The notes below the pieces were generated by a model, which was given only the letters and a program-made list of their open reading frames with translations, made no database searches and was not told where the DNA came from. The position numbers and the translations under genes are program-made. This document shows, in pieces, positions 27,875-41,152 of a stretch of 64,000 nt of DNA. The DNA comes from Chlorokybus atmophyticus. Taxonomy: Eukaryota; Plantae; Mesostigma and Chlorokybus algae. Numbering within the stretch: position 1 is the stretch's first letter; each line of letters opens with the position of its first letter. The stretch covers positions 269,297 through 333,296 of the forward strand of contig RHPI01000277.1 in NCBI GenBank assembly GCA_009103225.1, given 5' to 3'.

Positions 27875-29950
27875 GCGTCGCAAATTGTTTCCCCTACCGG
27901 CCGATGAAATATTGGCAACGGCCGTGCACCTGAGGATACTCATTTGGACTGTCGTACCTCGGTCCACTTGTAATCTCGATACAGAGACCCGAGTGTAACG
28001 GCCGTCACCATCAGTCGGCGGTCGTTTTAATAAAGGGACTGACCTAGACTGACAGGTACCTATTAAATACCCCATCAGTCAAGCAAAGGGGACTTGACCT
28101 AACTAACCGGTACCCAACAGTTAGGTACCGGCAATTGTACCTCGAAGGTATCCAACTATTAGGTACCTTAGGGGTATCTTATGGTACCTTCAAGGTACCT
28201 GGCATTAGTGTCCCCATACCTATCGGTACCATTCAGTCACGAGCAGGTACTGCATGTGATTGTCGTCAACCGTGAGAGACGGCAAGTCACAAGCTTACTG
28301 ATTCACAAATATATAATATAATATAATAACAATAAACATTGTAACATGTTGCTACGCTATAATGTAAACTACATTGAGCTACTATTACTACTACTACTAC
28401 TACTCTTACAACATTAAGCTACTACTACTACTACTATATATACTCTACCCTTATACTCAGGCGCCGCTCCTCCACTCTCCACTCCTTCGCGCCTGCGCCG
28501 CCGCTCCTCCTCCTCCGCCTCGCCGCTCCTCCTTCGCTTGGCCTGGTCGGCAAGAAGGGCGTCAACACAACGGCATCATACACACACATACAAAGAAACT
28601 CACCTACCATGCCGCCGCCGCCGCCGCCTGGCCTGGCTTGGCTTAGCCTGGCCTGTAAGAAGGGCGGGTTGCGCTGTTGCACTTAACATAATGCCATCAT
28701 GCACATGCAACTCAACTACTCTGTGTACACACATATACACAAACCCACCAACCGTGCCGCCGCCGCCACCACCGCCGCCGCCACCGTCGCCGTCGCCGCC
28801 GCCGCCGTCGCACAGCTGTCTTTGTAAATGAAGCCGTTCAGCGTTTGAAACGCTGCTGCATTTCAAACACTCAACGTCTTCAAGTTCAATGGTACAGTCG
28901 TACCACTAAAATGGTACGACAGCACTGTTGTACTATTGATGAGTATTATCTACCCCCGTTACAAGAATCACGTTTATCTTTAAGATTTTCATTCCACTAA
29001 CGGGGTTATTCTCTTAGCGTTGATAAGAATATATATATTTTTACCGTTTAAAGAATATATATTCTATTAATGGGGGTATTGACTGATAACCTTAAGCCAC
29101 GTCATCATATGCTGACATGGCAAAAATAAAAACTTTATTTTTCATGTATATATTGTATAATATCATACATGGCTTCTATTGTTGAAGGTGATGTTTATTC
29201 TAATATCAGCAAAATATCTATGCTGTTAACAAGGTATTCCCCCATTACAAGACTGACCCCACTTAGTATTTCAAGCCTTCTCTTTAGTCTTATTACGTAC
29301 AAGACTATTCCATTAACCGAAGATATTTGCCTGTAAAACGATTGGTTCTTTGTAAAACGATGATCGTAACGGGGTTATTCCCTTTAAGGGAAGTCTTTTA
29401 ACGGGGATAGACTGTACCGTATAGGGTACATTGATGGGACTGTTGTACCATCGCAATGGTACTATTGTTCCATAAAGTGTGCCGAGTATAACTAACCGGA
29501 CTGACAGGTACTCGCCGCCATTGCTCGTCCCTCTTAGGAGACTTAGTTGAGACTGAGTGGTCACTTGCTTGCCAATGTAGGTTGGTCGCCGCCGCGGCTT
29601 CTGTACGGCCGCCGGCCGGCCGCGGGTCAACTCCGACTCACCGGTATCGACCGCCGCCATTAGGGGCCTGAATATACACTTAATTGCCATTACAGGTAGG
29701 TCGCCGTTGCGGACGCAGTATGACCGGTGGTTGGCCGTCAAAATATGTTGGTGTCACGTCATCACCGGTAGGCAACAGTCCACTGCACTGTACGATCGGC
29801 GGTCGGCAATTGATTATTGTCCACAATACGCACCGGCAGTTTATTCAGTCTCTTTGTGGCCCAAGTCGTTATGTCCGTTAGGGTCAGATAGGGTCAGGCA
29901 CCCAACAGTCCCTCAGTCTCTCGTAAGTCACCGTGTAAAATTTGCGACGT
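27875..29950. mobile_element. Non-autonomous 2076-bp relative of the Plavaka element, inverted relative to it
   Basis: The ends are GCGTCGCAAAT and ATTTGCGACGT. 27875-27984 matches the reverse complement of 19780-19889, and 29890-29950 matches the reverse complement of 5343-5405. Removing the element restores cacttgt|aatgacac, as in the intact satellite unit at 30066. No transposase ORF is present. Confidence 0.85.
28381..28436. repeat. Interrupted (TAC)n microsatellite
   Basis: Read directly from the sequence. Confidence 0.85.
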
Positions 29951-30936
29951 AATGACACACCACCTATGCTTGGGTGGGAGACAACAAGTGCTCAAGTGGA
30001 TGATTAGCAATTAAGTTGATTATCATGCCATACTCCCTAACTTGTTTCCTACTCAACAAGAGGTACACTTGTAATGACACATCACCTATGCGTGAATGGG
30101 AGACAACAAGTGCTCTTATAATGATGGATTAGCATTTTTATAGTTGATTAACATTCCATACTCCTCAACATGTCGCCTGCTCAACAAGATGTACACATGC
30201 TAATGACACACCACCCATGCTTGGGAGACAACAAGTGCTCTTAACTTGCTAATGATACAATAGCAATGGTTAAGTATAGTTGCATACTTCTCAACTTGTC
30301 TCCCACTTAACAAGATGTATACATGTAATGACATACCACACCCATGCTTGGGGGGGACACAATTAAAACGAGTGCTCTCAACTCCTGAATTAGTACATGT
30401 GTACCATCTTGTCGGCTCAGGAATTGATTGTCATGGCATACCCTTCAACTTTTCTCCCACTCAACAAGATGTACACATGTAATAACATACCACTCATGCT
30501 TGGGAAGGAGACAACAAGAGATCTCAACTTCTTGAACTGGCTATTCCACTTCAATAATTGAATAATTAATTGTCATTGCATACCCTTCAATTTGTCTCCC
30601 ACTCAAGAAGATGTGCATGCCAATTACATACTACCCATGCGTAGGTGGGAGACAACAAGTCACTTGCACGGTGCTCCCAACTTGCAAAGTAGGCTATTCC
30701 ATTTTTATAATTCAATAGTTGATTGTCGTGGCATACCCCTCAACTTGTCTCCCGCTCAACAAGATGTACACATGTAATGACTGGGTAGAGGTCTGGCGTG
30801 TGCTACAGCAAGCCTAGTAGTGATGTACTCTCACTCTCTTTCTCTCGGCAGAAGCAGAGTCACTTGTACGCTTTACTGACTTGTGTGTGCGGCTCTTTTC
30901 TCCTCTGTGCGTTTCTCTGCCAGTGCGTGCGCGTAT

Positions 30937-30937
<1 letters not shown>

Positions 30938-30984
<47 letters not shown>

Positions 30985-31150
30985 NNNNNNNNNNNNNNNN
31001 NNNNNNNNNNNNNNNNNNNNNNNNNNNNNNNNNNNNNNNNNNNNNNNNNNNNNNNNNNNNNNNNNNNNNNNNNNNNNNNNNNNNNNNNNNNNNNNNNNNN
31101 NNNNNNNNNNNNNNNNNNNNNNNNNNNNNNNNNNNNNNNNNNNNNNNNNN

Positions 31151-31236
<86 letters not shown>
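30938..31236. repeat. (CT)n microsatellite spanning a 166-N assembly gap (30985-31150)
   Basis: Read directly from the sequence. Confidence 0.95.
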
Positions 31237-31239
<3 letters not shown>

Positions 31240-33858
31240 AAGCTTAAAATACTTGTGTGTGTTCAGTGATTGGGAATGGGGCAGTCATCGTCTCCAAGAT
31301 GTGCTAGCAGACGAACGACATGCAGAGTAGCTTGTTGAGGGCCTTTTGCGAGTCACAGCTGCGCCTCAGTGCTATACAGCAACAAGCGGTAGAGTTGCAG
31401 ACAGCCCCGACACTTTGCGGTAATGTGTGTGTCTGTGCGTGCGCGCGCGCGCACAGAGCACACGCGTCGTTGTCACATACTCAAGCGGTATTGACTTATT
31501 GCTCGCTGGCTATTGGATGTGCGCAGGCTCATTGCTATCATGTGCATTGTCCAACAATGCCTCTTGAATCTTCCCTTACGGTGTTATGTTAGGGTTAAGT
31601 GGTTAGGTTATTTCATGATTGTCTTGCTTGCACTCCCAAGATGACGGTTGTTTTGCGCAGGCACTTATGTTAGGTGGGTAGGTTAGTGACGTTGATTGCC
31701 GGACAGTGGCCATTGTGCGCTGATTGTGTTGCATTGTGGCAGGTTATGTTAGGGAGTTGGTAAGTGGGTAGGTGTGCGACGTTGACTGCCATTTAGTGTT
31801 TAATACCTGCGTGTAAGTTTGCGCAGTGGCAGTTAATGGCACATATAGTGTAGTGTTAACAGTTGAATACTATTCAACTTATGCATCTGGTAGGTGAACA
31901 AGTTAGCAACATAGATTGCCACTTGTGTATGTTGTGATGGAATATGAATGCTCTCTATGATGATATGGTGTTGGCTATAGCTATTGCAACGGCACTAAAT
32001 GCATAACATCAATTGGTATTCATGACCATTCATGGTTAATGTGTACAATTTGCATACTCGTCTCAACAGCCATGCAAGGTGTATATGTAGGATAGTGTAG
32101 TGTGGATACTTATCGCCATCCTTCGCATGTATGCAAGACCTTGTGGTGTGCATGGTTATGGTCATCCTTGGTGCGTATGCGTGAGAGTGTGATGTGCATG
32201 GTTATGGCCATCCTTGGTGTGTACGCAAGGCAGCTTGGTGTGCATGATAATAGCCATCCTTGGTGTGTATGCGCGAGGGTATGGCGACAACTACATGGCC
32301 ATGTGCGGTCGTGTACTTCACAACCGCTGATGGTGTGAACTTCTCATTTATATACCATTAGTATGGGTCGCAAACCGACAATGCGAACCATAAATGGTCT
32401 TGAGGTCTTTAACCCAGCCTTTGCATATATGGCCATGAGCATGGTAAAACCATAGAATGTATGGTTCCCGCAGCTGGAACCATATATGGTTTATACCCTA
32501 TCTTCCATGTGGCTGCTGCAAGCTGGGCTGCAGGGTGGTAGCATCTAAGGGAGCTACCAGTGCGCTGGTAGCTCCGTTGGTTTGGTTTTAAGCAATGCGA
32601 CGTAATCGATCACCGTTTTACTGCGGTTAAGTGTGCACCTGTGTAATTTGGTGCTTGCTGCCAGTCTGCAGTCTAGTGCTTCAAATCAAGTGTCGTGGTT
32701 TATGACTTACATCAGCAAACCTACGACTCATGGTAAATAGCACACGTTTGCTGGCATGTCACTATAACCGCAATTGCATTCTTTGTATGCTATATTGTTG
32801 TGCCTTATGCATGAGCAGGCGGTCGTGCATAAATGTAACCCGCTAGACATGCACACGTGCCTGCATGTCTCACGAGGTAGGCGAAGTAGTGGTAGTATAG
32901 CAGTGGAGGTTTTAGTGTACATAATCCCGGTGTTTGTACATTGGCAGTGTGTTGATGTGTGGAGCGTGTGCTTGCTGCTGCATGCGTGTGTCACACCCAA
33001 GCATGTGATAGCTTGAGCAGAACAGTACCATACTCCATTTGTAAACATTGCAAACTGTCAAATTAAGCCGACGGAGTAGCATGCATACGTAAGTATAGTG
33101 GCAAGACCGCAATGAAGGCGTTGATACACATTGTCACACCTTGCATCACACCGGCATACCCCTTCTACAATCACCAGCACTTGCAACCAAGAAGGGTAGA
33201 GCCATGGAGCTATGCCTGAGCATCAAATTGATCACAACTGTGAGTTATGGTTATACATAATGCTAATTTCATGTTGTGTCGTTGCGTGACTTGGTTGTTG
33301 ATACATTGATGTCTTTGGCTTGTGCTGCCCTTTGCGGCCATTAAAACTTATAACGTTACAAACATGCACAACATATCCGTAATAAAAACGTTAATAACCA
33401 TACGCAGATGCAACCGGTGCAACATGTACAGAATGTGGGTAGCATAATGCAACACATTTACTTGCCCTTATTTAGACAATGTGACTAGCAACAAGCTAAA
33501 CTACTTAGTCAATATATAAGCAGTGCACATTCATGTCACAACATAATCATATACAATAAATCTCAAGTGATCTACATTAACCCATGCCATCTTACTGCTT
33601 GTTGACACAATAATGCTGCCTTCGCTTATATGCAACATCTACATCCGATTGTGAAGTCCAAATTTAAGGCCTAGGTAAAGCGTAAGATTTGGCTATGCAT
33701 TGTAGGACAAAGGTAGTGGGCAAACAAATGAAGAGCACAAACCATAGGTAGCATACTCATATTGACCAGCATTGACAGTGATAAGTGCAGGATGTTATTC
33801 AGAATTGGCTAAGCACTGTCTTAGTGGCAAACATGAGTTACGATCGAAGCACCAGCAC

Positions 33859-36800
33859 TCAAACCAACATAGGTAGCACATCTACATGAAATAAATAGTG
33901 ACAACGAAATGAAGATGATGCAATTGCATTCGCCATGAAGTGCAGGCCGCTTGGCGTTATGTACACCGAACACATGTAGGCATCAACTAGCGTGGCAGCA
34001 CAAGGCCATGCTAGATGCTGCACTTCGTCTTGACACAATGGTGGACAGAACCACCCGAGCAGCCAGCACCAACACACAGCCAGCATGCAACTCTCAGTGA
34101 TCTGCCACCCCTTGCTATGAACTCCTAGAATAAACCTCATACGCCAACGCACGCACTCCATGGTGCTTGACAGTGTTGATCGTGGTGACATCGGGTGACC
34201 TGCCAGATCAGCAAATTGCCTAACTGACTGCAATGTGCCCATAGTACAACCATTCAAAATGCGGTCATGTTAAAACCATGCCTGCACGTAGTCAATGTGT
34301 ACCTGGAATGGGAGACGCGCTGTAGAAAGGTTGAAATGTCCTGCGTGTTGCAGAACCTCAGCAACAAAGGCACTACCTCAGTGCATGAGGCAACGACGGT
34401 TTCCCATGAAGCTTGCACCCCTTCCTCAAGCTCTTTGCTTAGCCAGCCTTTGTATCCGTGATCAATGGCAGCCAGCTGGAGCAAAGTCAGCTGTCTCATC
34501 AACAACGCATCTGCAGCCGCAGCCTCTCCAACACGACGCAGTATCTGGAAGACATTACCATGAGCTTGCAAGCGGCCGTATAGTGCTTCGATGACTGGCA
34601 TGCCTATGCAACAACAAGTAGCAAGCTGCACATTACAAACACGAACCTGAGAGATTGCAGCCAATACAGGCCACGCATGTTGTTGACCGGTTGCAACTGC
34701 GGAAAGTGGAGGTAGAAGATGTAAAAGCACTTTGTCCGACATCCTGTCATGCGCAACACTCTGCTGAGCGCTCACTGATAGTGCATGCAGCATGGTCCCA
34801 GCAGGTGACTGCAGACCTGATGCTGTTGTTACTGAGGAAGTTGTTGAGTACGTCACACGCCAGCAAGCTGGCAGGCAAATCGTCATAAGTTCCTGTGGCT
34901 GCTTTGCGCAAGGTCATCCCAGTGTACTGCAGAAGCTTGTCCAAAGACCCACTCTCCGCAACTGCCCGTAAAGCGTCTTCCTCATCAGTCATCTGAAGCA
35001 AAGCGGGCAGCAAGAAGGGGATGACTGTGCCGGGTTCCCCATCTGCTGTCTGCAACGACATGAGGTAGTCCAGCAATGACAACACCTGCATTAAGACTCA
35101 TGTGAGGACACTCGCCAACTTCGCCAAGGTAGACACTGGGAGACGCGTACAACCCTCTGCCTCACTATGAATCTGGAATGCGCATTGTTACAGAGCATGG
35201 TATAGGGATATGGCTAAATGCTCTTGCCTGTGGTCGATATGCTCCAGGGGCTTCAGCCAAGAAGCGTCCAAGCGACCTGCTGGCAGCCTGCCACACAATG
35301 CAGTTCGGTATTGTAACGTGAAGGCCAACACAGCTGCCCATCCCCATGCGAAATGTAAACCTCACAATTGAGGTGACATCATACAAGCTGCTTGCAGTGT
35401 CTAAGCTAATTGTGCTTGCCTGTAGCAAAGCTCCCTCTCTGATGCCAGCATCCTTTGCAAGCTGCAAGTACTCGATGAGTTCGCCATGAACAGTTGTGAG
35501 CGTGTCCAGAGACTTCATCAACACAGCATTGCTGAGCGCGGCTGAAGGTTGGTTTCGTAAAGGCACCAGCCCACCGGTCTCCACATCCATCTGAGCAGCT
35601 TGGCGTGACATAGCTTCGATCACAGCTTCCAGAAGCACGAAACAGGCCGAAAGCGTCTGCATAGCGTTGCATAGCAAAACGTCCGTCAATGTTAATGTTG
35701 AATGAAGTTGACTAGGCAATATTCACTCACCTGCTCATGTGTAGGAGCAGCAGCAAATCTGGAAACAGGGGGCTGAATAGGAGCTTGATCAGCCTCCTCT
35801 AAGTCATCATTGTCTTGCGTCTCTGCTGTTTCATAAGATGAAGATGGTGGCGCTGTCTGGGGTGGAGTTGACAGCTTTCTGGCGTCCAATCCCTCAGCAT
35901 CCGTAGGCACATCTTTCCGCACCTCTGCCTGCAAAAGCACTGAAACTTCCACCCTCACAGTCTCCAGCACCAATTGGAAGAAACGATTCGCTGGCATCCC
36001 TGCAGGTGTGCTCGTTAAGCTGTCAGCTGCTCGATCAATTAGCTCACACTGTCAAGAAGATAGCAGCTCAATGCCTAGGATATGCTCACCTTCTATCGAT
36101 CCCGATAGCCAGTCCACGCCACAGAGTTGCACGAGTGCCTGGCAGCGCACAACAGCACAGTGAAGCTGTGAGCTTTACACCCGCTTTTTTAAACAGGGAG
36201 AGTCGCTTTGGTTGTTGTTGCGATTCAATTTCTGCGTCAATGCTTACCTCAGCAACAAGAAGGGAGCTTTGCTTCTGCGCATGACCTACGCGGCTGTGCA
36301 ACAGTGTGCCAACACCGGTGCGCACGTCACGAGGCCATTGAGTATCGGGGTTAATCTCCAGATAGTGGAACAGGCATGCGGACTCGTCTGATGCAAGCAG
36401 TCGTTGCAGCAAAGCCAGCGCTTCAAACTTGAGGCGATCACTGTTGCTAGCGAAAGTCGCTGCAACAATCGGCACGATAGAAGCCAAAACCTAACACCAG
36501 ATGGGTACCCGAAATTACGGCAGTGCTGGCATCAAGAATTTGACACAGTCAAAAAGGCTGGCAATGCTTAGTGGTGATTGTGGCTCGCAAATTGCACCTC
36601 CGCATTCTCTTTGATGACTTGGTGCATATTGAGTAGCAAGCCAAGCAGCTGAACGGGGAGTGCAAGGTTGGTACGACCAGCTTGCATGGCCACATATGAG
36701 CAGATTGCAGGGATAGCACCGCTCTCACGGGCTATCACGAGCCCATCCGGTGCAGAGCTGCAAACAGCCACCATGCACTCCAATGCGTCTTGCGCTCCAT

Positions 36801-37354
36801 CTGAGCCCTCCTGCATGCATGTTGTTGAGTCGTTGTTGGCAACACCAACAAATTTCTCAAGATGATGCCTGCATGGTCAGCTAGTCAATGCTCACTCGCA
36901 TAGTGTCGAGCAGAAGAGGTATTTTTGTAAGAACCTCGTTGGAGCTCGCCACCTCTGGCAGCCGACAAAGAGCGCTCATGATCGACAGTGCTAGCTGACG
37001 ATAACCGGCCGCCATGGATCCGTCACCTACGCACCCATGCTTGTAACAGTGCTTTTGTTGCAGGTGAACTGGCATCCATCAAGCGGCTCATCACGTGTCC
37101 GCACCTCTGCTGGCAAGCAGTCTGTTAAGGAAGCGCCAGCCCATTGCATCAAGTACTCTACGCAAGGAGTCCGTGTCCGCTGGTGACACAAACTTAGTGA
37201 CTAGAAGCAGCCCGACAAGGCGCTGCTCATCTGTCTGGCCTCGAAGCAGCTGCAGGCACTGCTCCAAGCCCGCCTGCGTCGCTTCCGGTGAAGCTTGAGC
37301 CTGTCCGCTCGACTGAGGCTTGTCATCTGCTCTGTCCTCCTCCACACGCACCAT
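33859..37354 (-). CDS. NCDN: Neurochondrin family ARM-repeat protein, multi-exon; 3' end uncertain
   Basis: The N-terminus LEQCLQLLRGQTDEQRLVGLLLVTKF...RRVLDAMGWRFLNRLL is the family hallmark. Later exons read LALSIMSALCRLPEVASS.EVLTKIPLLL, KFEALALL, WPRDVRTGV..LLHSRV, LSACFVLLEAVIE, AASRSLGRFLAE and FLLPALLQMT. Confidence 0.85.
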
Positions 37355-39226
37355 GACTGCAACGACCACGTTGCATGTTGTTCTGGGAGGCATACTATGG
37401 ACTCTACAAGAAAGCCAACTGGTCAACTCAACAGCCCGAATCCCAAATTTTGGCCATCTTCAGGGCTTGACATGCGCATGTGGCACAATATCCGCTTGCA
37501 ACATGCAAGATTCAAACAGCTTGAGATGCACCTTGGACAGCTTGGCTGCAAACATACTAGTTGCAATGGTTACAGTCGGCCAGTGGGGGAGCCGCTGTAG
37601 GCAGCAACGTGCTGTGTAAGGTGAGCATGCTAAGCGGTGAACAAACGACGCTGTCACAGTCAAGTGCAAATGCTGTGGAACTTGGAGCGGCTGATTGGTA
37701 ACCAAGCCATACGCCGAGCAATGCACGCAAGTGTCCGATGATGCCTGTGATAAATAAAGTCCACAACGAGCAACATGCTCGTTTGTCATAGCAACGGCGT
37801 TGTGGTAGGGATAGCAATTCCAACCGCGTGAACATATGCGTGTAGTACAAGTATAACTGTGCATGGGTGTATGCAGGTATATGGCACGTCCGCTAACAGT
37901 GCTAAGCGAGGCAAAAGCGCCCTACTAGCCGCTGCTTTCCGCCGCTGCACACAAAGAAACACACACACACTCAACCACGCATGCATGCTTGGCTACCGCT
38001 GCCTGAGGCAAAATTTGAGTGCAGCATCTGCGGCATGCACCAGAAGGCACGTCTGCGAGCGTGACGTCCAGGCGTTGTACCTCTCCGGAAGCTGCGTACG
38101 CGCTTACCAACATGCTCAGCAGAAAGCGCCCATACACGCACTGCGCGCGTTCCTCAACCAATTCGCGTTCCTCTCCACCTGCTGCTTCTCCTCCGCCGCC
38201 TCACACCAGGAAGTCAAGGCAAATGTGAGTGCGTAACTTTTACTTATTATTATGCCGTCTATTCCGTGGCCCCACCTGCTAACATCTTCGTACACGCCGA
38301 TACACATCACAAACGGTGATGATATCAACGACGCGTTCTGCAGAGGTGACGCACCTCTCAGTCACCAAGTCTCGGTCTTACCAAGTTAGGTCATGCTTGT
38401 GTATAAGCATGGACTTTTATCCATGATTTCTCCTTTGCATGTTATTGCATTGAGTTGCGTAGTCGCGTGTAGTAATTAATGTGGCTATCTTGTGCATCTT
38501 TGTTTGTTTACCTGCATAGCTAGCCTATTAAGGGCAGCTTAGAGGCTAGTATACGACGTAGTAGTTAATTGATTCTTCGCTTCAGCCCAAGAGCGATTGC
38601 TTAGGCCTCCCCCTGCAATACATTAAGTTTTCCTGACATGTGTTTGCTTGTATTTGTGTTGCATGTGTGCACACATTTGTATGCTCAATGTGCATGTCTT
38701 TATACATGTTTGAGTATGTCACACCTGGAGATGTCCTATGGACGATCCAGATTCAACGAGGCTTGATCCAACGGCTAGTAACGTTTGTTCCTCGCCACCC
38801 AGCCAATCGGAGGCTGGACATTTACGGCACTGCGCGGCAGTTCCGCGCATTTGACGGTCCCAAACCGGACTTTGCCGGTCGCGACCTGTACTTTGATTAC
38901 TGTGATCATTTGTGCTTCATGTAACACTTACAATGTAAGTGTCACGAGTGTTTGAGGGTATTCTCACGCTCTATTTTCTTAGCTCTTATCGCTACTACCA
39001 TACCACAGAGTTCCACAGGGTACCACAGGGTGTGGACCCACCCGCTGTGGTACGGCCCCTCGCTTCCTACACAGCATTCACTGCCTTAACGCATGCGGCT
39101 ACCACAGCACTTCACGTATTGTGAATCAACGCTGAACGGAATGGACGATCAGTACCTTAACGCTCAGTAAAGTAACGAGCGTTACAACACCGATTTCACA
39201 CGCCAGTCATCTTTCTGAACGCTGCA

Positions 39227-39252
39227 ATGGGCGCCGTGGCGGCGGCGGCGGC

Positions 39253-39294
<42 letters not shown>

Positions 39295-41152
39295 TGACAT
39301 CTGTAATCACTTCTGCTTAAGGAACATTTCAGGGTCAAAACGCCTTGAGGACAGGACGTGTGGGGTGTGCGGGGCCGCGTTCAAAAAGCCGGCACACTTG
39401 CGGCAACACATGAGGTCCCATACTGGCGAGGTGAGGGCAAGGCATTTGTGTACACGTCTAGCTGGTGTAGTAACTCTTGCTACTGCTACGCACCGCATAA
39501 TCTTTATTAGTAGGGTTCGCCGCCCTGGTGCTTTACTGCTGTATCTTACATTGGCGCCCATTGCAGCAAGACTGGTTGTACACAGTCAGTCCAGTAGCCT
39601 GCATTTCAATGTCTATCACCACTTGCATTCCTTTTAGAACCGTTGTTGCCCTGGCTGAGTAAGAGCACGCATCTGATTTCCGTATGAAGCGCTGGTGAGT
39701 GTCAATATGGCAGACAAGCGCTTTCAACCCCGGCATCTACAGCCTTACAACTTGCCAATGAATGCCCTAACACTTGGCTTGTAACAGCATGAGTGTCGAT
39801 ATTCTCAGCTTCAACCATCAAAATTCACATTAATCTCTGTCCAGCACCGTTGTCATTATCAAGACAAGCTTGCATTATAATCGTTCGCTGCTTGTCAACC
39901 CATGATCACAGCATTGTCAGCATGCATATCCAAGCGATCAGCTAGTCATGTGCTCTGCAGCGGCCATATGTTTGTACGCATCCTGGCTGTGAGAAGAGCT
40001 ACACGAGAAGGGAGCATTTGAACAGGCATGCACAAACCCATATTGCGGAGGCTCCCCAGTTTGCGTGCTCCGTGCCAGGCTGTGGCATCACATGCAACAA
40101 CGGCGACAACTTTCTGCGCCACATGCGCCAGGTGATTTGCTGTGGGCTGAGCTGTGATGATGCCAAGCTGCTTGGGACATATCGTGAATGGCGCTAGATG
40201 TTGAGCTTGACGCTTGATGACTGTCATGCAACAGATGCATGGTCACGCGTTGTGTTGTGAGTACAATGGCTGCGGATTGTCCTTTGCTTCGGAGTATTAC
40301 CTCAACCTTCATCATGCACAGCATGCGGGGGTTAAGCCACATGCATGCGCAATATGTGGGAAACGTTTCAAATACCCTAGCATGCTGCAAAGGCACATGC
40401 TACATCATGAAGGTGCGTGAACAACTGCTTTGCCCAAGGAATTTCTTTTGCCGTCCGCTCACATTCTGTCCTCATTGAGTGTTAAGTGACAACCAAGTTG
40501 GCTATGCGCAGAGTCCAGCACATTCTTCTGTTGCGATGTTGATGGCTGTATGGCTTCCTTTCATAGCAAGCCAGACCTGCAACGGCATACGTTGGATGCG
40601 CATGGCACGCGCCGCTTCTCCTGTGAGCTGTGCGCGAAGCAGTTTACAGAGCGCAGGAAGCTTGCAGTACACATGCGTGTGCATATGGATGACAGGCCTT
40701 TGCTTGTCTGCTCCATAGGTGGCTGTGGCAAAGCTTATACAACGGTATGTGTGCAGCTTTGGCAGGCATTTGTTCGTGTCTGTGCACTAACTCATGTTCT
40801 GTGGCCACCAGCACAGCAACCTCAAAACGCACATCAGGGCGTACCATTTGCAAGAGAAACCGTACGTGTGCTCGCATTCCGGCTGTGGTGCTATATTTGC
40901 GCACAAACGCAGCCATGTGAATCATGAGCGGAAACGCCATGTTCCTTGTCTTAAGGTAAATGTGTGTAGGCTGTTTGCAAGTGCAAGTGATTAGATTCGT
41001 TATGAAACTTGCTTGCATTACATGCCTTGAGTTGCTTGTTGCTGATTGGCATGCAGGGGCCATGTGAAGGCAAGCGCCTTCGAACTGAAGTGTCGCAGCT
41101 GATGGACATTGTTGCTGTGTCACAGCATCAACAGTTGTCGCTACGCAAGTAA
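39227..41152 (+). CDS. GTF3A: Transcription factor IIIA-like protein with nine C2H2 zinc fingers
   Basis: Spliced exons give nine fingers (CGVC, CTHPGC, CSVPGC, CEYNGC, CAIC, CDVDGC, CELC, CSIGGC, CSHSGC) with TGE|RPY and EKPY linkers. Nine fingers is the TFIIIA count; orthology is inferred. Confidence 0.75.

Larger units (their letters stand above)
27170..30780. repeat. Minisatellite, unit about 125-155 bp, about 12 diverged copies, interrupted at 27875-29950
   Basis: The unit cttgtctcctactcaacaagatgtacacatgctaatgacacaccacccatgcttgggtgggagacaacaagtgctc recurs across 27170-27874 and 29951-30780. Confidence 0.9.
26290..32603. mobile_element. Old element with long degenerate inverted arms enclosing the satellite and the 2.08-kb element
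   Basis: Motifs in 26370-26800 recur inverted in 31980-32520 (cacatggaag..gg.ataaaccata; gccatacc.ctcg.gcat; tggccataaccatg; ttaaccatg.atgg). The right side ends ATGCGACGT (32603) just after an 11-bp hairpin (32550-32575). The left end is unclear. Confidence 0.45.
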
